Source of the DNA: Deltaproteobacteria bacterium CG11_big_fil_rev_8_21_14_0_20_42_23
GTDB lineage: Bacteria; UBA10199; 2-02-FULL-44-16
Direction of reading: 5' to 3'
DNA: 64,000 nt
Assembly (NCBI GenBank): GCA_002796345.1
Contig: PCXC01000081.1
Coordinates: 27,314 to 91,313, forward strand
Under the pieces are notes generated by a model. That model searched no databases. It worked only from the letters and a program-made list of their open reading frames with translations, and was not told where the DNA came from. Position numbers and translations under genes: made by a program. Below are positions 59,172-64,000 of this stretch, one piece after another; position 1 is the stretch's first letter, and every line of letters starts with the position of its first letter.

Positions 59172-61148
59172 ATGAACAATATCATTGAATCTCTTCTCGC
59201 TGAAAAGCGCACCTTTCCTCCTTCCCAACACGTAAAAGATAAAACGTGGATCAACTCTCTTCAGGCATACGAAACGCAATATCAACAATCCATTCAAAAT
59301 CCCGAAAACTTTTGGGCAGACATTGCCAAAAATTTTTCTTGGTTTCAAACCTGGAACAAAGTCTGTGAATACGATTACGGCAATCACATTGACATCAAAT
59401 GGTTTGTGGATGGAAAAACAAACATCACTGTAAACTGTTTAGACCGTCACGTTGAAGCTGGCGCAGGAGATCGCATTGCTTTTTATTGGGAAGGCAATCA
59501 TCCCGGCGAAGAAAAAACCATAAGCTACAAAAAACTTTTGAGTGAAACGTGCAAGATGGCAAACGCCCTCAAAAAAATGGGCGTGAAAAAAGGTGACATT
59601 GTTACCATTTATATGCCGATGATCATTGAACTTCCGGTCGCCCTTCTGGCTTGCGCACGTATTGGCGCCGTCCATTCCGTGGTCTTTGGCGGATTTTCTG
59701 CCGACTCCATTGCAGATAGAATGCTTGATGCAAAATCACAGTATCTCCTTACGGCAGATGGCGTGATGCGAGGAACAAAACAAATCGACTTGAAAAGTGT
59801 TGCAGATGAAGCGCTCGAAAAACTTGCTGCACAAGGCTGCACCGCACAACACCTGTTGGTGGTAAAGCGACTTGGAAATGAAATAAACTGGAACAAAGAT
59901 AGCGACATCTGGTGGCACGAAATAAAAACTGAATGCGAAGAACACTGCGCTCCAGAAATTATGGATGCTGAAGATCCCCTTTTTATTTTGTACACTTCAG
60001 GATCGACGGGAAAACCAAAAGGCGTGCTGCATTCCACAGCAGGCTACATGGTTTACGCCGCTACCACACACAAGTACGTATTCGATTATCACCCTGATGA
60101 TATTTATTTCTGCACAGCTGATATTGGCTGGATCACCGGCCACAGCTACATCGTCTACGGACCACTGTGTAACCAAGCGAGCTCGGTCATCTTTGAAGGC
60201 ATTCCCACCTTTCCAGACAGCGGCCGTTTTTGGCAAATGGTAGAAAAATATAAAGTGAATAGTTTTTATACTGCACCAACGGCATTGCGCTCGCTTATGC
60301 GCGATGGTGCTGAACTTCCGAAGCAATACAATCTTTCCAATCTTCGAGTTTTGGGCACCGTGGGCGAACCCATCAACCCGGAAGCATGGATGTGGTACTA
60401 CAATGCAGTGGGCAACAAGCACTGCGCAATTGTAGACACATGGTGGCAAACCGAAACGGGTGGTGTGCTCATCACAAGCCTTCCCGGCGCAATCACCGCA
60501 AAACCAGGCTCGGCGAGCTTACCCTTCTTTGGAATTGAACCTGTGATTTTGCGTGAAGATGGAAGTGAAGCTCACGTCAACGAAGGTGGTTATCTCTGCC
60601 TCAAAAAACCTTGGCCTGGCCAAATGCGCACGGTGTATGGCGAGCACAGCAGATTTAAAGAGACTTATTTCTCACGTTTTCCAGGTTATTACTTTACTGG
60701 TGATGGCGCCAGAAAAGATGAAGACGGATATTTTTGGCTTATGGGCAGAGTTGATGATGTCATCAACGTTTCCGGCCATCGTATGGGAACAGCCGAAGTA
60801 GAAAGCGCACTCGTTTCGCATCCGCTTGTTACCGAAGCCGCCGTGGTTGGATTTCCACACGCGATTAAAGGCGAAGGCATTTATGCTTACGTCACCTTGC
60901 GCAGCGGCACCAAAGTTTCAAAAGACTTACAAAAAGAATTGGTAGCGCACGTGAGAAAAGAAATAGGCCCCATCGCAAGCCCAGACGCCATCCACTTTAC
61001 CGACGCTCTGCCAAAAACCAGATCCGGAAAAATCATGCGCCGCATTTTGCGTAAAATCGCAGCCGGCGATACAGAAAACTTAGGGGACATCACAACCCTT
61101 GCCGACCCCAATGTGGTCAATCAGCTGGTTGAATCGAGGCCTACTTAA
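59172..61148 (+). CDS. acs: acetyl-CoA synthetase (acetate--CoA ligase)
   Basis: AMP-binding motif YTSGSTGKPKG, the hinge Asp region, and the C-terminal catalytic Lys (SGKIMRR). GGAGG RBS. Confidence 0.95.
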   Translation: MNNIIESLLAEKRTFPPSQHVKDKTWINSLQAYETQYQQSIQNPENFWADIAKNFSWFQTWNKVCEYDYGNHIDIKWFVDGKTNITVNCLDRHVEAGAGDRIAFYWEGNHPGEEKTISYKKLLSETCKMANALKKMGVKKGDIVTIYMPMIIELPVALLACARIGAVHSVVFGGFSADSIADRMLDAKSQYLLTADGVMRGTKQIDLKSVADEALEKLAAQGCTAQHLLVVKRLGNEINWNKDSDIWWHEIKTECEEHCAPEIMDAEDPLFILYTSGSTGKPKGVLHSTAGYMVYAATTHKYVFDYHPDDIYFCTADIGWITGHSYIVYGPLCNQASSVIFEGIPTFPDSGRFWQMVEKYKVNSFYTAPTALRSLMRDGAELPKQYNLSNLRVLGTVGEPINPEAWMWYYNAVGNKHCAIVDTWWQTETGGVLITSLPGAITAKPGSASLPFFGIEPVILREDGSEAHVNEGGYLCLKKPWPGQMRTVYGEHSRFKETYFSRFPGYYFTGDGARKDEDGYFWLMGRVDDVINVSGHRMGTAEVESALVSHPLVTEAAVVGFPHAIKGEGIYAYVTLRSGTKVSKDLQKELVAHVRKEIGPIASPDAIHFTDALPKTRSGKIMRRILRKIAAGDTENLGDITTLADPNVVNQLVESRPT

Positions 61149-61332
61149 TTTCACCCTCACCTTCCTCCACTAAGGCGTTGGCGGACAAGCAGGGAGAGGA
61201 AAAAAGAACATTTAAAACCTTAAATATCAACAACTTACAAAAATATCGTCTTTTTTTTCATTCCCACGCAACTTCTTACTGCCTTTCGCTCGATAATGGT
61301 AGTGAAAGCAACTGAGTTTGACCCCCCTTTTG

Positions 61333-61373
61333 GGCCCATAGAGCAATAGTGCACTACGGGCCTTTGTTTTTTT
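61333..61373 (+). terminator. putative rho-independent terminator in acs-FHA intergenic region
   Basis: GGCCC-(20 nt loop containing palindrome TAGTGCACTA)-GGGCC followed by TTTGTTTTTTT. Confidence 0.35.
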
Positions 61374-61508
61374 GGGGCCTGTTTTTGCTGCTTTCCGGGG
61401 ATTCCTCCGCAAATCCTTGGCCTTAAAGGATATGAGCTATTGACCAAAGGGGACAGCTCTTTTATCATAGGAACTTCAATGATTTAAATGCTGAGGAGCT
61501 TGAACATC

Positions 61509-62516
61509 ATGTCTCAAGAACTAGAATCTACTTTTGCCGATCTTCCCGAATTTTCCGTAAATGAGGAGCTTTTGGCCAAAGCGAGTGAATTAAAGCAAAG
61601 CTGGTACTCCTTAAAAGAGCGCCTCGAGAAAATTAAGACCAGCAAAGACAGCCTAAGCCCCATTGTGTACGAGCGCGTCCTTGCCGATTATGAGCATCGA
61701 TACGGCGAAGCTCGCGACAGGCTTTTAATCGTCAAATCTGATGTTGACCAAGAGCTTTCTACCCTTTCAGCCACGCACGATAAACTCCAAGAGCAAATGG
61801 TAGAGCTCCAAAATAACTTGGAAGAATTGGAATTTCGACATTCACTTGGCGAATTTCAAGAACAGCAATTTGAAAAAGAATCTGGCCTCGTAAGAAAAAA
61901 AATCTCTACCCTTGGCACCATGATTAAGGGCATCAAAGACAATATCAATCAGTACGAGGAAATTTTTTCGAGCGAAAGTGAACTCATGCTCGAGGATGAA
62001 GAAAGCGATATTACCGGCATCGATCTTCTTGCCGATCAAGATGAACCTGCAAAGAAAATTGCTGAAAACAGAGTTGATAGCATCGAACCCAAAACAGACG
62101 CTTCGGGCTATGTGCTTGAAGAAGATGCTCCCAATTATTTCGCCGACACTTCAAGTACGCAAACAGGAAATGCAAGTGGTGAAACACTTGTAGAAGACCA
62201 CAGTGCAAAGGCAACCAAAATCACCAATGTACGTCCAGCAAAATTAGTCCATGTAAATGGAAGCAACGCTGGCGAGGCTATCACGCTCTTGCAAAAAACC
62301 TCTCTTGGAAGAGCCGAGTCAAACACCATTCCTTTGAACGATCCTAAGTCAAGCCGTCAACATGCTCAAATTCTAAAAAAAGGCGCCGAATTTATTTTGG
62401 TAGACTTGAACAGTTCAAACGGAACTTACGTCAATGGACAACGAATTGATGAGTATGTTTTAAGTGATGGCGACGAAGTCAAAATCGGCGATTCTCTTAT
62501 GCAGTTTGAGCAGTAG
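61509..62516 (+). CDS. FHA-domain protein with N-terminal coiled-coil
   Basis: C-terminal FHA fold (GRAESNTIPLNDPKSSRQHAQI...LVDLNSSNGTYVNGQRI...DGDEVKIGD) and a heptad-rich N-terminal 200 aa. Confidence 0.6.
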   Translation: MSQELESTFADLPEFSVNEELLAKASELKQSWYSLKERLEKIKTSKDSLSPIVYERVLADYEHRYGEARDRLLIVKSDVDQELSTLSATHDKLQEQMVELQNNLEELEFRHSLGEFQEQQFEKESGLVRKKISTLGTMIKGIKDNINQYEEIFSSESELMLEDEESDITGIDLLADQDEPAKKIAENRVDSIEPKTDASGYVLEEDAPNYFADTSSTQTGNASGETLVEDHSAKATKITNVRPAKLVHVNGSNAGEAITLLQKTSLGRAESNTIPLNDPKSSRQHAQILKKGAEFILVDLNSSNGTYVNGQRIDEYVLSDGDEVKIGDSLMQFEQ

Positions 62517-62522
62517 CAAAAA

Positions 62523-64000
62523 CTAATGCGCATCATCCCAATTTATTCCACACTTTGCTTCTACAAGCAGCGGCACATCTAGCTTTACGGCCTGCTCCAT
62601 TTTTTCTTTTACAAACCTCATCACATTTTGTGCATCAGCTTCGGGAGCTTCGAAAATGAGTTCGTCATGAACTTGTAAAATCATTTTGGCATCTTTGCAG
62701 ATTGAAGAAAGTTTTTCTTCAATCTCAACCATACCTTTTTTAATAATGTCCGCAGCAGTTCCTTGAAACACACTGTTAAAAGCCATGCGTTCTGAAGCTT
62801 GTTTCACCATTTGATTGGGAGATGCAATATCTGGAAAATACCTTCGTCGTCCAAAGAGTGTTGTAGTGTAGCCTTCTTTTTTCACACCATCTAAAACCTT
62901 TTCACGATATTCCAACACTTTTGGAAATTGCTTGAAGTAGAGATCGATAAAAGTTTTTGCTTTCGCGGGTTCAATCGCAAGCTGCTTTGAAAGGCTAAAT
63001 GCTGACTGACCATAAATAACTCCAAAGTTTACCGTTTTTCCTACCGACCTTTGTTCTGAAGTGACTTCGTGGACATTGCAGTCAAAAAGCTTTGAAGCTG
63101 TAAGTGCATGAATATCTTCATTGGCAGCAAATGCAGTAAGTAAAGCATTATCCTGGCTAAGCTGTGCTAAAATGCGAAGCTCAATTTGAGAGTAGTCGCA
63201 ATCAATCAGCACATAGCCTTCTGGCGCTACAAACGCCTTTCGAATTTTTCTTCCCTCTTCACTGCGGATGGGAATATTTTGCAGATTTGGATCGGAAGAA
63301 GAAAGCCGCCCAGTTGCAGCAACAGTTTGGTTAAACGAAGTATGCACGCGCTTTGTTTTTTGATTGAGCAATTTTGGTAACGCATCCACATAAGTGGATT
63401 TGAGTTTTGAAAATGAACGATATTCCAAAACATGTCGTGGAAGTTCATGCTGTAAGGCAAGGTCTTCTAAAATATCTTGCTTGGTAGAATAACCTGTTTT
63501 TGTTTTTTTCCCGCCAGACAATTGCAGTTTTCCAAACAATATTTCACCCAACTGTTTTGGACTGTTAATGTTAAACTCATCACCCGCTAAAGCATAAATA
63601 TTTTTTTCCAAATGCGTTAAACGTTTTTCAAAGTCGTGTGAGAGTTTTTGAAGAAATTCCACATCAATTTTAAATCCTTGCAATTCCATGTGCATCAAGA
63701 CTTTAAGCAAGGGCATTTCTAAAGTGTAGAAAAGGTCTTCGGCGTTATCAGTTTTGAGATTTTGTGAAAAAAGCTCATAGAGCCTAAGGGTAAGATCGGC
63801 ATCTTCCGCTGCATACTCAAGCGCTTTTTGCAAAGGCACATCATCGAAGGTGATTTGTTTTTTTCCTTTTCCGCACACTTCTTCAAAGCTGATCATGGTA
63901 TGGCTGAAATACTTATGCGCAAGTTCATCAAGCCCGTGACGCTCACTTGGGTTCAAAACATACGAAGCCACCATAGTGTCAAAAAGTTTGTTTTCACATT
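62523..64000 (-). CDS. polA: DNA polymerase I, C-terminal polymerase domain (gene continues past window end)
   Basis: Family A motifs: motif A DYSQIELR, motif B RRxAKxxNFGxxYG-like (RSVGKTVNFGVIYGQS), and motif C QVHDELIFE. Confidence 0.9.
   Translation of the reverse strand, partial: CENKLFDTMVASYVLNPSERHGLDELAHKYFSHTMISFEEVCGKGKKQITFDDVPLQKALEYAAEDADLTLRLYELFSQNLKTDNAEDLFYTLEMPLLKVLMHMELQGFKIDVEFLQKLSHDFEKRLTHLEKNIYALAGDEFNINSPKQLGEILFGKLQLSGGKKTKTGYSTKQDILEDLALQHELPRHVLEYRSFSKLKSTYVDALPKLLNQKTKRVHTSFNQTVAATGRLSSSDPNLQNIPIRSEEGRKIRKAFVAPEGYVLIDCDYSQIELRILAQLSQDNALLTAFAANEDIHALTASKLFDCNVHEVTSEQRSVGKTVNFGVIYGQSAFSLSKQLAIEPAKAKTFIDLYFKQFPKVLEYREKVLDGVKKEGYTTTLFGRRRYFPDIASPNQMVKQASERMAFNSVFQGTAADIIKKGMVEIEEKLSSICKDAKMILQVHDELIFEAPEADAQNVMRFVKEKMEQAVKLDVPLLVEAKCGINWDDAH

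Noticed and set aside
61227-61468. Two overlapping basic minus-strand ORFs in the acs-FHA gap
   Set aside because: They lie in alternative frames of the same DNA with no RBS. Lys/Arg richness reflects T-rich plus-strand sequence. More likely non-coding or structured RNA.

Overview
The window looks like a gene-dense bacterial chromosome segment, roughly 85-90% coding, mostly housekeeping genes on the minus strand. Composition is consistent with a low-GC member of the Myxococcota/Bdellovibrionota lineage; that is a guess from MYXO-CTERM-like tails, TSP3-repeat proteins and hopanoid cyclase. Recognisable blocks follow. There is a partial squalene-hopene cyclase. There is a pyrR-pyrB-pyrC' operon with an apparently inactive dihydroorotase-like subunit. 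lepA-lepB, argS with two M16 peptidases, and a polyamine pair (pyruvoyl arginine decarboxylase with agmatinase) are present. A tiny lysine-rich histone-like gene sits beside a 670 bp AT-rich non-coding tract. A PII-like protein lies upstream of two cation:proton-antiporter-like membrane proteins. purA, argF, a XerC/D-type recombinase, a roughly 1000 aa secreted TSP3-repeat/beta-helix protein, topA, dprA and an IHF/HU gene follow. proC overlaps a very long putA. tRNA-Arg(CCU) is followed by a nested inverted-repeat element. Further genes are apt, the surE-pcm-nlpD cluster, purMN, a purF-L-Q-S-B operon, hemCD, and a deoxyribose/nucleoside catabolic module (punA, deoC, aldH, a truncated aldH-like gene, acs). 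An FHA-domain protein and a partial polA close the window. The most interesting locus is a compact three-gene operon at 42.9-44.9 kb on the minus strand. It encodes a signal-peptide-bearing Cys-rich DUF2282-type small protein, a DUF692 (MbnB-like) enzyme and a DUF2063 (MbnC-like) partner. That is the signature of a bufferin-type copper-binding RiPP system. It has a near-consensus sigma-70 promoter, no DoxX partner, and an uncharacterised lipoprotein immediately upstream. No CRISPR array, rRNA or clear mobile element was seen.
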